A DNA stretch of 63,845 nucleotides, the filler included. It is 4 parts of 4 records of this genome, joined end to end, with 100 filler letters (N's around TTAATTAATTAA, not from the genome) between each part and the next. Parts side by side here need not be neighbours in the genome. Positions count along the whole stretch, not along the records: positions 1 to 14,104 come from SRR22947727_1295; 3 more parts are not named here. The stretch is one strand, 5' to 3'. Below, one piece after another: positions 1 through 9,002 of this stretch (its first letter is position 1; every line of letters starts with the position of its first letter). The position numbers were made by a program, and so were the translations under genes. A model generated the notes under the pieces. That model had not been told where the DNA came from, searched no databases, and saw nothing but the letters and a program-made list of their open reading frames with translations.

Positions 1-101
1 TAGGGTACGTTCGATGAACCAACCCTATTGGTTCGAAAACGCAAAACGAATTGACAGGGGCTGTTCAACGAATCGCCCCCGTTTGATCGTAAAATCGCAG
101 A

Positions 102-1568
102 TCACAATTTCTTCGTATTAAACGGCGCGGTCGGAACTTCGGAACTGGCCTTTTCGTTCAATTGTTTTTTCAAACCGGCGATCAAAGCCGCGTGCTCAGG
201 TTTGTCGGCGAGGTTTGTGTGCTCGTCCGGATCGTTGTCGCGATCATACAATTCGTGTCCGGCTTTGCCTCCGTTCCAATCGATATAACGCCAGCGCTCG
301 GTTGAAATCGAGCGGCCCATGACGTGGCGCGCGCCGCCTTCCATGGGTCGAAGAACTTGGGTAATGCCAACGCCGTCCCATTCCGTTTCTGGATTTTCGA
401 GAAGCGGTTTCAAACTTCGGCCATCTAATTTCAGATCGTCGGAAACGGGCAACCCCGCAAGATCAGCGATGGTTGGATACATGTCGATGAATTCGACGAC
501 TCGCTGGCAGGTCGCTCCGTTATGAGCGGGGATTCGCGGGTCGGAAATGAATAGGGGCGCGCGGGCAGATGGATCAAACAGGGTCCGTTTTTGCCACAAA
601 AAGTGTTCACCGAGGTGATAGCCGTGATCACTCCAAAAGACGAGAATTGTGTTGTCGGAGAGCTTCAGACGATCCAGCGCATCGAGTAGCAAACCAACAT
701 TTGCATCGAGAAAACTGACCGTCGCCAGATACGAACGCAACGCCGGCGTGAGAATTTCGTCGCCGAGACCGTAATTTTTCAGCGGAATGTTATGCGGAAT
801 CGCCGGAGCAGGAATATCATCACGATCGTCCTCAGGGACTTTGGTCAGTTGGATATCTTCGAGCGGATACTGATCGAAATACTTGGCCGGGGCGACATAC
901 GGCGTGTGAGGCCGGAAAAATCCGACTGCGAGAAAAAACGGATCTCCCGCAGCGGCATTCTCCTCCAAAAGCCGGACGCCTTCGTTGGCAATCATGCCGT
1001 CGGTCTGCTCGCCGTCTTCCCCGGCTGAAGCCAGCCAGCTCATTGCCCCGGAAATCGCGCGGTGCGGTTCGGCATTAAAAATGAGGGGTTCATCGTCCAC
1101 GTCGCGGCCTTTTGGATTCACCACTTTTTGCCATGACGGAGCGTCGTCGAGTCCATCGGTTCCAATCCCTTTGGGCACGTTGTAATGGTAAATTTTTCCC
1201 ACGCGAGCCACCGAGTAATCGTGCTTTTGAAAGAGTTGCGGCAAGGTGACCGCATTCGGAGCGGATTCTCGAAAATGTCGTTCGAGATCGAAGACATCAA
1301 TCGCATCGGGACGTTTCCCTGTCATGACCGACGCACGGCTCGGATTGCAAAGGGGAATCTGGCAATAGGCGCGCTCGAAGAAAACGCCACGTTTCATCAG
1401 CCGATCAAAATTCGGCGTTTTCAGCCCGTGAGGACGCGTTTTCCCAAAGACATTCGCGAGATCATCCGCCGCGATAAAAAGGACGTTCGGCTTGGTGTTT
1501 TTCTTCTCCTGAGCCGTCGCGCTGAGAGTGAATGTGAAAATGAAAAGCAGGGCAATTTTCTGAAACAT
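102..1568 (-). CDS. Sulfatase (iduronate-2-sulfatase/choline-sulfatase-like), secreted
   Basis: Formylglycine motif CNPSR, PNVLFIAADD, WSDHGYHLGEH; signal peptide from ATG 1568 (MFQKIALLFIF...ATA). Confidence 0.9.
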   Translation of the reverse strand: MFQKIALLFIFTFTLSATAQEKKNTKPNVLFIAADDLANVFGKTRPHGLKTPNFDRLMKRGVFFERAYCQIPLCNPSRASVMTGKRPDAIDVFDLERHFRESAPNAVTLPQLFQKHDYSVARVGKIYHYNVPKGIGTDGLDDAPSWQKVVNPKGRDVDDEPLIFNAEPHRAISGAMSWLASAGEDGEQTDGMIANEGVRLLEENAAAGDPFFLAVGFFRPHTPYVAPAKYFDQYPLEDIQLTKVPEDDRDDIPAPAIPHNIPLKNYGLGDEILTPALRSYLATVSFLDANVGLLLDALDRLKLSDNTILVFWSDHGYHLGEHFLWQKRTLFDPSARAPLFISDPRIPAHNGATCQRVVEFIDMYPTIADLAGLPVSDDLKLDGRSLKPLLENPETEWDGVGITQVLRPMEGGARHVMGRSISTERWRYIDWNGGKAGHELYDRDNDPDEHTNLADKPEHAALIAGLKKQLNEKASSEVPTAPFNTKKL

Positions 1569-1608
1569 ATCGAGCGTTAGATTCTCGAGAATGGGGATTT
1601 TTTTCAAG

Positions 1609-1646
1609 AAAAAACGCCGACACGAACGGGGGTTCGCGATGGCGTT
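1609..1646 (-). terminator. Rho-independent terminator after BI-1 gene
   Basis: Minus strand AACGCCATCGCGAAC-CCCC-GTTCGTGTCGGCGTT followed by T tract. Confidence 0.65.
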
Positions 1647-1675
1647 AGTTCAAAAAAATTCTAAAAAATCAGAGA

Positions 1676-2374
1676 TCAGTCACGAGCCATGAAGATCCGG
1701 AGGATATACCAGAAAAGCAGGGCCACGCTTGAGAACAGCGATAGTGCAGCAGCAACGTGCTGATCAGTTCGGTAGTGCTTCATCACGTTGGACGTGCTGT
1801 AGAGAATCGCCACCGAAGCGAAAATTGCCATCGCACCGGCGAACCAGGTACCGAGATTGAATCCGAAAAGAATGCCGCAAACGATGATTCCCATGGCAAT
1901 GAAACCGCCGATAACGAGGAAGGATCGAAGGAACGAGAAGTCTTTCTTCGTTATAAAAACCGCCGAGGTCAATCCGGCAAAAATAAACAGCGTCACCAAC
2001 GCAGCCTTTGGAATGACATCTTTATCTGAAAAATTCACAGCAATGTAAAGAATGGGTAGAAAAATAAAGGCTTCGGCGACAATAAATAGTCCCAAACCGA
2101 GATACTGCATACCTCGTGAGGTATCAGACATCGCCCACTTATTAGCGATCCATGAAACGACCATGAAAGCACCGAGAACAAGCAACCAGCTCATTCCGCC
2201 AGTCATTTTCGTCGCCATGCTTTCAACCCAGGGTTGCTGGAGAATGACGTATTCAAGGCCGATGAAAGCCAAAATCGCCAGCGCCAAGTGACCATAAGTC
2301 CGGCGAATAAAGCCTGCGCGCTCGGCTGGAACCGCGCCAGCAACGGTGTAGGGATTTGCGTATCCAGATGACAT
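1676..2374 (-). CDS. Bax inhibitor-1/YccA family membrane protein
   Basis: 7 hydrophobic segments; FIRRTYGHL, KKDFSFL, AAALSLF..LFWYILRIF motifs. Confidence 0.9.
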   Translation of the reverse strand: MSSGYANPYTVAGAVPAERAGFIRRTYGHLALAILAFIGLEYVILQQPWVESMATKMTGGMSWLLVLGAFMVVSWIANKWAMSDTSRGMQYLGLGLFIVAEAFIFLPILYIAVNFSDKDVIPKAALVTLFIFAGLTSAVFITKKDFSFLRSFLVIGGFIAMGIIVCGILFGFNLGTWFAGAMAIFASVAILYSTSNVMKHYRTDQHVAAALSLFSSVALLFWYILRIFMARD

Positions 2375-2448
2375 AGTTTTAATCAGGTTCGGTAAACGTT
2401 ACGTTTGAATTCGGTTTCAGGGTAATCTGTTTGCCGGTTTCGAGCAAT

Positions 2449-3048
2449 CTAAAACGCCTCTTCTAAACCTTCGTTTCGTTGACGCACTGCTTCAAATAAT
2501 GAGACAGCGGCAGCATTCGAAACGTTCAAACAATCTACTTCCCCGGCCATTGGAATAACAATCAACTCGTTGCAATTCTCGCGAGTGAGCCGTCGCATTC
2601 CTTTTTCCTCAGATCCCATGACAATGCCGGTTTTGCCTTTTAGATCTGTGTCAAACAGGCTCTGGCTCGCTCCATCTGCCGTACCAACAAGGTTTACCTG
2701 GTAATGATCCCGCAATTTTTCGAGGCAACGGGCCATATTTCCCACTGTCACCACGGGGACGGATTCAGCAGCTCCGCAGGCAATCCGGACTACGGTTTCG
2801 GTAACCGGTGAGGATTTGTGGCGAGGCGTGACCACGGCCGTTACGCCGGCACCATCGGCTGAACGCAAACACGCGCCGAGGTTATGCGGATCCTGAACGC
2901 CATCAAGAATGAGCAGCAAAATTTCGTCGTCTTTCTCGGCCAGATCATACAAATGATCCTCTGACATCCGTGCCAGCGTGCCGATAGCGGCAGCTGCATG
3001 GACGTTTGGGCGGGCCTCGCGGCGACGGGGTGAACGATTTCGGGGCAT
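2449..3048 (-). CDS. rlmB: 23S rRNA Gm2251 methyltransferase (TrmH/SPOUT)
   Basis: LDGVQDPHNLGACLRSADGAG, MGSEEKGMRRL, IPM..CLNVSNA SPOUT motifs; start taken at ATG 3048. Confidence 0.85.
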   Translation of the reverse strand: MPRNRSPRRREARPNVHAAAAIGTLARMSEDHLYDLAEKDDEILLLILDGVQDPHNLGACLRSADGAGVTAVVTPRHKSSPVTETVVRIACGAAESVPVVTVGNMARCLEKLRDHYQVNLVGTADGASQSLFDTDLKGKTGIVMGSEEKGMRRLTRENCNELIVIPMAGEVDCLNVSNAAAVSLFEAVRQRNEGLEEAF

Positions 3049-3091
3049 GGCCCACCGTCCAACATCGCAACCGCTTTTCAATCGACAAAAT

Positions 3092-3811
3092 TCAACTTTC
3101 CAAGCAATAACCAACGCCATGAACAGTCTTCAAAAACTGCGGTGCGCCACCATTATCCCCGATTTTTTTGCGAAGCTGAGCAACGCACTGATCCAGCGTC
3201 CGCGTCGTCCCGAAATATTGAATTCCCCAGACCGCGTCTAAAATCGCATCGCGTGAGAGCACCTGGCCGCGCCGTAGGTGGAGGAATTTCAGTAATTCCA
3301 TCTCCTTTGGTGTAAGACGCTCGGGATCTTGTCCGTCCCGCGTTGCTTCGTAGGTCCGTTCGGAAATCATCGCTTTCCCGATCGAAAAATCTTCCACGGA
3401 ACTGAGTGCTTCAGCAGCGGCTGGCGCATCGATTCGCTGAACCCGGCGAAGCAGTGCATTGACCCGAGCTACCAGTTCGTGAACGCCAAATGGCTTCGTT
3501 ACATAATCATCCGCGCCAGAATCAAGTCCCACGACTTTATCAATCTCCTGCCCCTTCGCCGTCAACATCAGCACTGGCAGGTTGCAGCCACGTTTCCGCA
3601 AATCACGACAGATTTCGTAACCGTTTTTGCCTGGTAACATCACATCGAGAATGATCAGATCCGGCAATTCTTCGGCAATGGTGTTATCGGCCTCATCTCC
3701 GCGCTCGCAATCGGCTACGGCATAGCCTTCGGCGGCAAAAACCTCCGTCAGTCCAAAGCGAATGCTTGGATCATCTTCGACGACTAGAATTTTGGTCTCA
3801 CTTTTTTTCAT
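3092..3811 (-). CDS. OmpR/PhoB-family response regulator
   Basis: Receiver ILVVEDD...LDVMLP...KPF and winged helix RTLDQCVAQLRKKI...TVHGVGY. Confidence 0.93.
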   Translation of the reverse strand: MKKSETKILVVEDDPSIRFGLTEVFAAEGYAVADCERGDEADNTIAEELPDLIILDVMLPGKNGYEICRDLRKRGCNLPVLMLTAKGQEIDKVVGLDSGADDYVTKPFGVHELVARVNALLRRVQRIDAPAAAEALSSVEDFSIGKAMISERTYEATRDGQDPERLTPKEMELLKFLHLRRGQVLSRDAILDAVWGIQYFGTTRTLDQCVAQLRKKIGDNGGAPQFLKTVHGVGYCLES

Positions 3812-3828
3812 GGCGTTTTACGATCCAT

Positions 3829-6108
3829 TCAGTCCTTAGAAATAGGTAATGTCAGAGTGAAGCAGCAACCGCCTCCGTCGCGGCTTCGAAAGTTCAGGTC
3901 ACCGCTGTGCCCTTGGGCGATCTGCTTGGCGAGCGTTAAACCGAGGCCCGACCCTTGAATTCCGGTGGAAAGGGAATCGTCCGCGCGGTAGAATTTCTCG
4001 AAGATCTTCGAGGCATCTTTTCGACGAATTCCCGGTCCGCGATCCATCACGCAAATCGCGACTGATTTCGGATCCGGCGTGGTAATTTTGAGGATAATTT
4101 CTTTCCCACCACAGGCGTATTTATCAGCGTTTGAGAGCAGATTCACCAGCACTTGGGAAAGTGCATCGCGATCGCCATTGATCCAGGCAGACTCGCCGTT
4201 TTCGTTTTGAAATTTCAGTTCGCAGCCATCGGCCTCGAGATGCATTCGGTAATTTTCCACCGTCTCTTTGGCGAGAGCTACAGCATCGAGTTTTTCAAAT
4301 TGGTAATTCCGATCGCCACGATCCATCCCTGAAAAATCGAGGATATTATTGATCAATCGCGTAAGCCGGGCCGCCTCCCGCGAAATGATCCCGGAATACT
4401 CCGTGCGTTTTTCCGTCTCGATAGCTTTTGATGCGCTCAGCATATCCGAGAACATACGAATCGACGTCAGCGGAGTTTTTAATTCGTGACTCACATTGCT
4501 CACAAAGTCGGTTTTCTGACGCGCCAAAAACATCTCACGATTCACGTCGCGGAAAATCAATATCGAACCAAGGACGATGGCCGCGAGGAGAATAGGAACG
4601 AGCAACCACAACGTGAATCGCGCGGTTTGAGCCGATTTGGTGAGCGAATCAGGATCCACCCAATAGGCGCCGACTTCCCAATGCGGGAGGATTTCCCCGA
4701 CTTCCGAAGCGACAAAAGGACGGCGCCAATCGGTTGCGAAACCGGCTACTGTTTGCCCTACGACATCGACTTCGGAATCTAAAAGAGCGAGACAAACCTC
4801 CTCGTTGTTCTCCTGAAAAAACGCGGCTCCAGCTACGATTTCGGAGAGCCGTTCACGAATTTCTTTGAGATCCAATTCCGCCCAGAAAATTTTCCCGGGC
4901 GCATCCGGATGGCGTACCCACAACAAAACTTGTAGCCCGTTATTTAAAAACCGGGCAATCGCGCCTTCTGGCTGATCTCCGATAATTTCGTTCAATCCAG
5001 CGTTGTCGACATCGAGGCTGGACCAGGAAGTGGCATTGACCCCATTGCCTAACACATTGGTCACCGTCTTGTTCATGGCCTGCTCTCTCTGACCGATTTC
5101 GCCATTGCCGATTTGAACCCACGGGCTGACCGTTCGCGGTTTCTGAGGCGAAACAATCCCTCGCTGAGGCATCAACCCATCGGAGCTTAAATTCCCTCCC
5201 GCTGGAGCATCCTGTTGCGGCGGGGAATTACTTTGAATGGCGACGACATCGGCAAGTTTCTCTTGAATTTCCGGAGCCTCTTTCTGCGCATTTTTTTGAT
5301 AACGAAGCTGCTGTTTCTGAGTTTCATAATCGTTTACCGACGAAAAATCTCTCCGAGCTACGCTTTGACTCATTAACTTCGAATTTGCCACGGCGACATT
5401 CACTTTTTCCGATGCCTCTTGGGGAATGGCACCGGGCTCCATGGGAAGTGCAAGCGGAGCCCCTTTTTTCGCCTTTGATTTTTTGATTTCATCATCCGGC
5501 CGCATCGCACTGGCAGCAGGCGCAGCGGTTTTAGCAAGAGCTTCAGGCTCAGATGACGCAGATTTAGGAGCAGGTGCACCTCGATCCGACTTCTTGAACT
5601 TAAAAGAAGAAACCATCCTGTTCTCAGTCTCTGCTTTTTCCCGGTCGACCTCTTCTGTTTTAATGAAGTACCCCACCGGACTGGTTGTCGCATACACCTC
5701 CGCCCGGGTTTGATTGGAAAGAAAAAGCCGGTTGTAACGGAGAAATTCCTGCGATTCGGGATCCGTTGTATCTGCAGATGGAGAAAGAATAGCGCCCTGC
5801 TCAGTAACCACGCAACCCACCAACGCCTGTCCCCATCTGGATTTCAGCTCGGCATCGAACGTCGTCGATAGATTTTCAGCTCCTTTTTCATCCACCAAAT
5901 CTCCGACCACTCCCTGGAAATAAAGCCGAACATCATTCATGAATGTGTTCAGATCAGAAGCGAGCGCATCGGTCGCCGTCTGGTGCAAAATCGCACGCTG
6001 GCTTTGAACGACGATCTCCTGATCACGCAACGCACTCAACGCTAACCAAGCCAGAACGAGACTTGGCACGATGACCGCGATTGCAAAAATGGAGGCGAGT
6101 TTTTTCAC
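3829..6108 (-). CDS. Membrane sensor histidine kinase with large low-complexity extracytoplasmic region
   Basis: Two TM helices; H-box VSHELKTPL, N-box NLLSNADKY, DRGPGI, GSGLGL. Confidence 0.92.
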   Translation of the reverse strand: MKKLASIFAIAVIVPSLVLAWLALSALRDQEIVVQSQRAILHQTATDALASDLNTFMNDVRLYFQGVVGDLVDEKGAENLSTTFDAELKSRWGQALVGCVVTEQGAILSPSADTTDPESQEFLRYNRLFLSNQTRAEVYATTSPVGYFIKTEEVDREKAETENRMVSSFKFKKSDRGAPAPKSASSEPEALAKTAAPAASAMRPDDEIKKSKAKKGAPLALPMEPGAIPQEASEKVNVAVANSKLMSQSVARRDFSSVNDYETQKQQLRYQKNAQKEAPEIQEKLADVVAIQSNSPPQQDAPAGGNLSSDGLMPQRGIVSPQKPRTVSPWVQIGNGEIGQREQAMNKTVTNVLGNGVNATSWSSLDVDNAGLNEIIGDQPEGAIARFLNNGLQVLLWVRHPDAPGKIFWAELDLKEIRERLSEIVAGAAFFQENNEEVCLALLDSEVDVVGQTVAGFATDWRRPFVASEVGEILPHWEVGAYWVDPDSLTKSAQTARFTLWLLVPILLAAIVLGSILIFRDVNREMFLARQKTDFVSNVSHELKTPLTSIRMFSDMLSASKAIETEKRTEYSGIISREAARLTRLINNILDFSGMDRGDRNYQFEKLDAVALAKETVENYRMHLEADGCELKFQNENGESAWINGDRDALSQVLVNLLSNADKYACGGKEIILKITTPDPKSVAICVMDRGPGIRRKDASKIFEKFYRADDSLSTGIQGSGLGLTLAKQIAQGHSGDLNFRSRDGGGCCFTLTLPISKD

Positions 6109-6144
6109 AGATTCTAAATTAGGGGAATGACTACAATACGCTGA

Positions 6145-6200
6145 AAAACGGAAAACGTCCCCGCCGTTTCGGATTCAAAAAATCCTACGGCGAGAACGCT
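6145..6200 (-). terminator. Stem-loop/terminator between VWA gene and kinase
   Basis: Minus strand GCGTTCTCGCCGT-AGGATT...AATCCGAA-ACGGCGGGGACGT followed by TTTCCGTTTTT. Confidence 0.5.
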
Positions 6201-6231
6201 ATCTGCGCTCAACAGTTAAGTTTCAGGGACA

Positions 6232-7584
6232 TTATTTGACGGCTTGTTTCGAATTGCTCTGGCTGTAAATCCGACTCTGAAATGACTTCCGACCGGATTT
6301 TTCCAATCCACGACTTTCGTCCAGAGTGCTTTCAGTTTTTTCCAAAACGGTGATCTCTTCCTGAATCGCATCCGCCCATGCTGCAGGAGCCGCTTCTTTT
6401 GCTTTTTTCAAATTTCCGATCTGGGAAAAGATCTGGGTGCGGCATTTTGCAACGTCGCCGGAGTCCGCGAGTGCGAGTGCTTTTTTCGACTCATCGACGT
6501 TCTGATAAATCGCAGCAACGGCAACGATGTCTTGGTCACGCGTTTTTTCAGCGAGCGATTTGTCATCAGTGTAACCAACGACTACTTCGCGCTTCATCGA
6601 CTGTGCATTCTCATTTTTCACCGCGTCGTCGAACGTCATGACCACTTCCGCCATGGGCGCTCCCGCTTCGAATACAGAAGGATCAACCATTGCTTCAAGG
6701 ATCAATTCACGGCTTTGATCTCCTGCGAGCGTGCCGAATTTCACTGAGCCACGACGGTTTTCGAAGGCCTCACCACGTCCATAAAAGCGAATCGGCTTCA
6801 CGCCTTTCGGGCAGATAATTTCGACCACAATCTTCCGGGCGACGATACTCTGCAATTCACCGAGTTCCTTTTCAAAAACGTTCGGCAGCTCCTCGACATC
6901 AGCGACGTAGTAGTAATTCGCGTCGCTTGCCTCGGCCAACGAGGTCATCAGATCTTCGTTGTAATTATCTCCCAGCCCCACCGTGGAAACGGAAATCTGA
7001 CGTTTCGCCAGGGCCTGACCGAGCATGGAAATGTCACGGTTGCTCGACGGCCCGATATTTGCAATTCCGTCCGAAAGGAGAATCACGCGGTTGATTTTTT
7101 CGTCGCCAAAATATTCAGCCAACTGCTTTCCACCGGTCTCAACACCGTGGTAAAGCGCCGTGCTTCCGCCCGCTTGAATGTTGCGAATCGCCCGCTTGAA
7201 AGTCGAACGCTTGTTGCCGACTTTCTGAGCCGCAATCAGCACATCGACATCTGAATCATACATCACGAGCGAGAACACATCGTCCGCGGCAAGTTGATCC
7301 ACCAACATTTCAGCAGCCTGCTTGGCCTGCTCGAGTTTTTTGCCGGTCATCGATCCTGATCGATCCAAAACCAAGGCGATGTTCAATGGCATTCGCGTCA
7401 GCTTTTTTTCAATCGGAAGCCCAGCGACATCGATTTTGATGATGACTTTTTGTTCAACGCCATTTTTGACGATCAACGGTCGGTCGACCCGGGTTTTGAG
7501 TTCAACCGAATGCGCTGCGGCGAATTGTGAGAGGCCGAAAACGCCGGCGACAACAGGAATGAGATAGTTGATTTTTCTTATCAT
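6232..7584 (-). CDS. Secreted von Willebrand factor A domain protein (YfbK-like)
   Basis: Signal peptide; MIDAS LDRSGSM, GGST, LLSDGIAN. Confidence 0.88.
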   Translation of the reverse strand: MIRKINYLIPVVAGVFGLSQFAAAHSVELKTRVDRPLIVKNGVEQKVIIKIDVAGLPIEKKLTRMPLNIALVLDRSGSMTGKKLEQAKQAAEMLVDQLAADDVFSLVMYDSDVDVLIAAQKVGNKRSTFKRAIRNIQAGGSTALYHGVETGGKQLAEYFGDEKINRVILLSDGIANIGPSSNRDISMLGQALAKRQISVSTVGLGDNYNEDLMTSLAEASDANYYYVADVEELPNVFEKELGELQSIVARKIVVEIICPKGVKPIRFYGRGEAFENRRGSVKFGTLAGDQSRELILEAMVDPSVFEAGAPMAEVVMTFDDAVKNENAQSMKREVVVGYTDDKSLAEKTRDQDIVAVAAIYQNVDESKKALALADSGDVAKCRTQIFSQIGNLKKAKEAAPAAWADAIQEEITVLEKTESTLDESRGLEKSGRKSFQSRIYSQSNSKQAVK

Positions 7585-7614
7585 GCCCCAATCCTCGCAC
7601 CACTCTGAAAAGAG

Positions 7615-7654
7615 TTGTCAGGGGTGCGTAAAAGGGTTGTAAGAAAATTGTAAG
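7615..7654 (-). promoter_or_regulatory. Four direct repeats with 11-bp period; candidate OmpR-family operator
   Basis: TTGTCA 7615, GCGTAA 7626, TTGTAAG 7637, TTGTAAG 7648, upstream of the VWA-HK-RR genes. Confidence 0.55.
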
Positions 7655-7657
7655 TTC

Positions 7658-8374
7658 TTATAAATACTCCTGATAAAGCGGTTTCACGATGATCTCCGGC
7701 ACCACCACATGCGCCGGTAGGCCTGCAATTGCCACGACCAGCATACCAATGTCTTCCGGGTGAACCATCTTCGCCTTTACGTCATCAGGAACCGGCACGG
7801 GGCGATCGTCCAGAAGCGGCGTATTCACTTCGCCCGGGTACACATTGGTGATGCGAATTCCGTTCGGCGCCTCTTCCGCACCGACTTCGGTTCCGAGAGC
7901 AGTTGCGGCGAATTTCGAAGCTGCGTAAGCCGCGCCAGCTAGAGGCAACGCTCGTTTTCCGGCGATCGATGACACGTTGAAAATGATTCCATCCTGACGC
8001 TCACGCATTGAAGGCAGAACTGCATGCATCACGTTGAAAAAGCCCGTGCAGTTCACCGCGATCAGTTTGTCAAAGTCAGCGGGATCGAGCACTTCCATGC
8101 GGCGCTGCGCGATGTTCACGCCCGCGCAATTCACCACGATATCGAGCGGCCCGATTTCGTTGATCAGTTCAGAAATCCCATCCCGATCCGCCACATCACG
8201 CGCGCGAACGGCCGGTTTATTTTCGCCAAACGTTTCCGCCGCAGCCGCAAGTTTTGCTTCCGTCCGTCCCGTAATCGTGACCTCGCAACCTGCTTCAACC
8301 AGAGACTGCGCAATACCAAGTCCGATTCCACTTCCACCGCCCGTGACGAGCACTTTTTTTCCAGATAAATTCAT
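7658..8374 (-). CDS. Short-chain dehydrogenase/reductase
   Basis: TGGGSGIG, VNCAG, SS, YAASK catalytic motif. Confidence 0.92.
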   Translation of the reverse strand: MNLSGKKVLVTGGGSGIGLGIAQSLVEAGCEVTITGRTEAKLAAAAETFGENKPAVRARDVADRDGISELINEIGPLDIVVNCAGVNIAQRRMEVLDPADFDKLIAVNCTGFFNVMHAVLPSMRERQDGIIFNVSSIAGKRALPLAGAAYAASKFAATALGTEVGAEEAPNGIRITNVYPGEVNTPLLDDRPVPVPDDVKAKMVHPEDIGMLVVAIAGLPAHVVVPEIIVKPLYQEYL

Positions 8375-8526
8375 GGCGCGACCATTGCGCACAATTCGGC
8401 ATCCGGCAAGAAATCGAGGCTCCGCAGAACTTTTTGAAAGTTCGGCTACGTCTGGAATTCTACGATCCGATAGGGTTGGTTCATCGAACGCATACTGTTG
8501 GATCGTAGAGTCCGTTTTCGCTGGAA

Positions 8527-8901
8527 ATGCGCGACCGGAGTCTCCAAGATCGAGAAATGCGCCTTAACCGCGAAACGATAGACCTGCCGTTCGATATCCC
8601 GCCTTTGATTGGAACGACCATCTTCGCTGCGTTTCTATTTATCTTCGCTCTGGTTATCTTACGGATGCTGGCTCATTTCCTCTTGCTAGTTCTGGGACTT
8701 TTCTTCCGGAATCGGGAATCGAAAGAGGACTATCCAATCGAAAAAGGGGCTGCAACAGGCCTTGGGTATTTAGCAATCTTCGGGGCGGTTTTTTATGCCT
8801 ATCAATCAGTTGGTCTCATCCCGTCACTAATCGCTGCCGCCATTATTTTCTGCCTTCACTTCTTCTGGTTTCAACGTTCTAAGGAGCCCCACGAAGACTA
8901 A
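8527..8901 (+). CDS. Hypothetical membrane protein
   Basis: ORF with 3-4 hydrophobic segments filling an intergenic gap. Confidence 0.55.
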   Translation: MRDRSLQDREMRLNRETIDLPFDIPPLIGTTIFAAFLFIFALVILRMLAHFLLLVLGLFFRNRESKEDYPIEKGAATGLGYLAIFGAVFYAYQSVGLIPSLIAAAIIFCLHFFWFQRSKEPHED

Positions 8902-9002
8902 CCGCTAGATCAGATGGTAATTGGCGCCGATTTTTCTTTGTTCTCAGCGCTTGGTAGGCTTGAATTGGCACTTCCTCGTTTTCTAACACGAAACCTGAAT
9001 TC

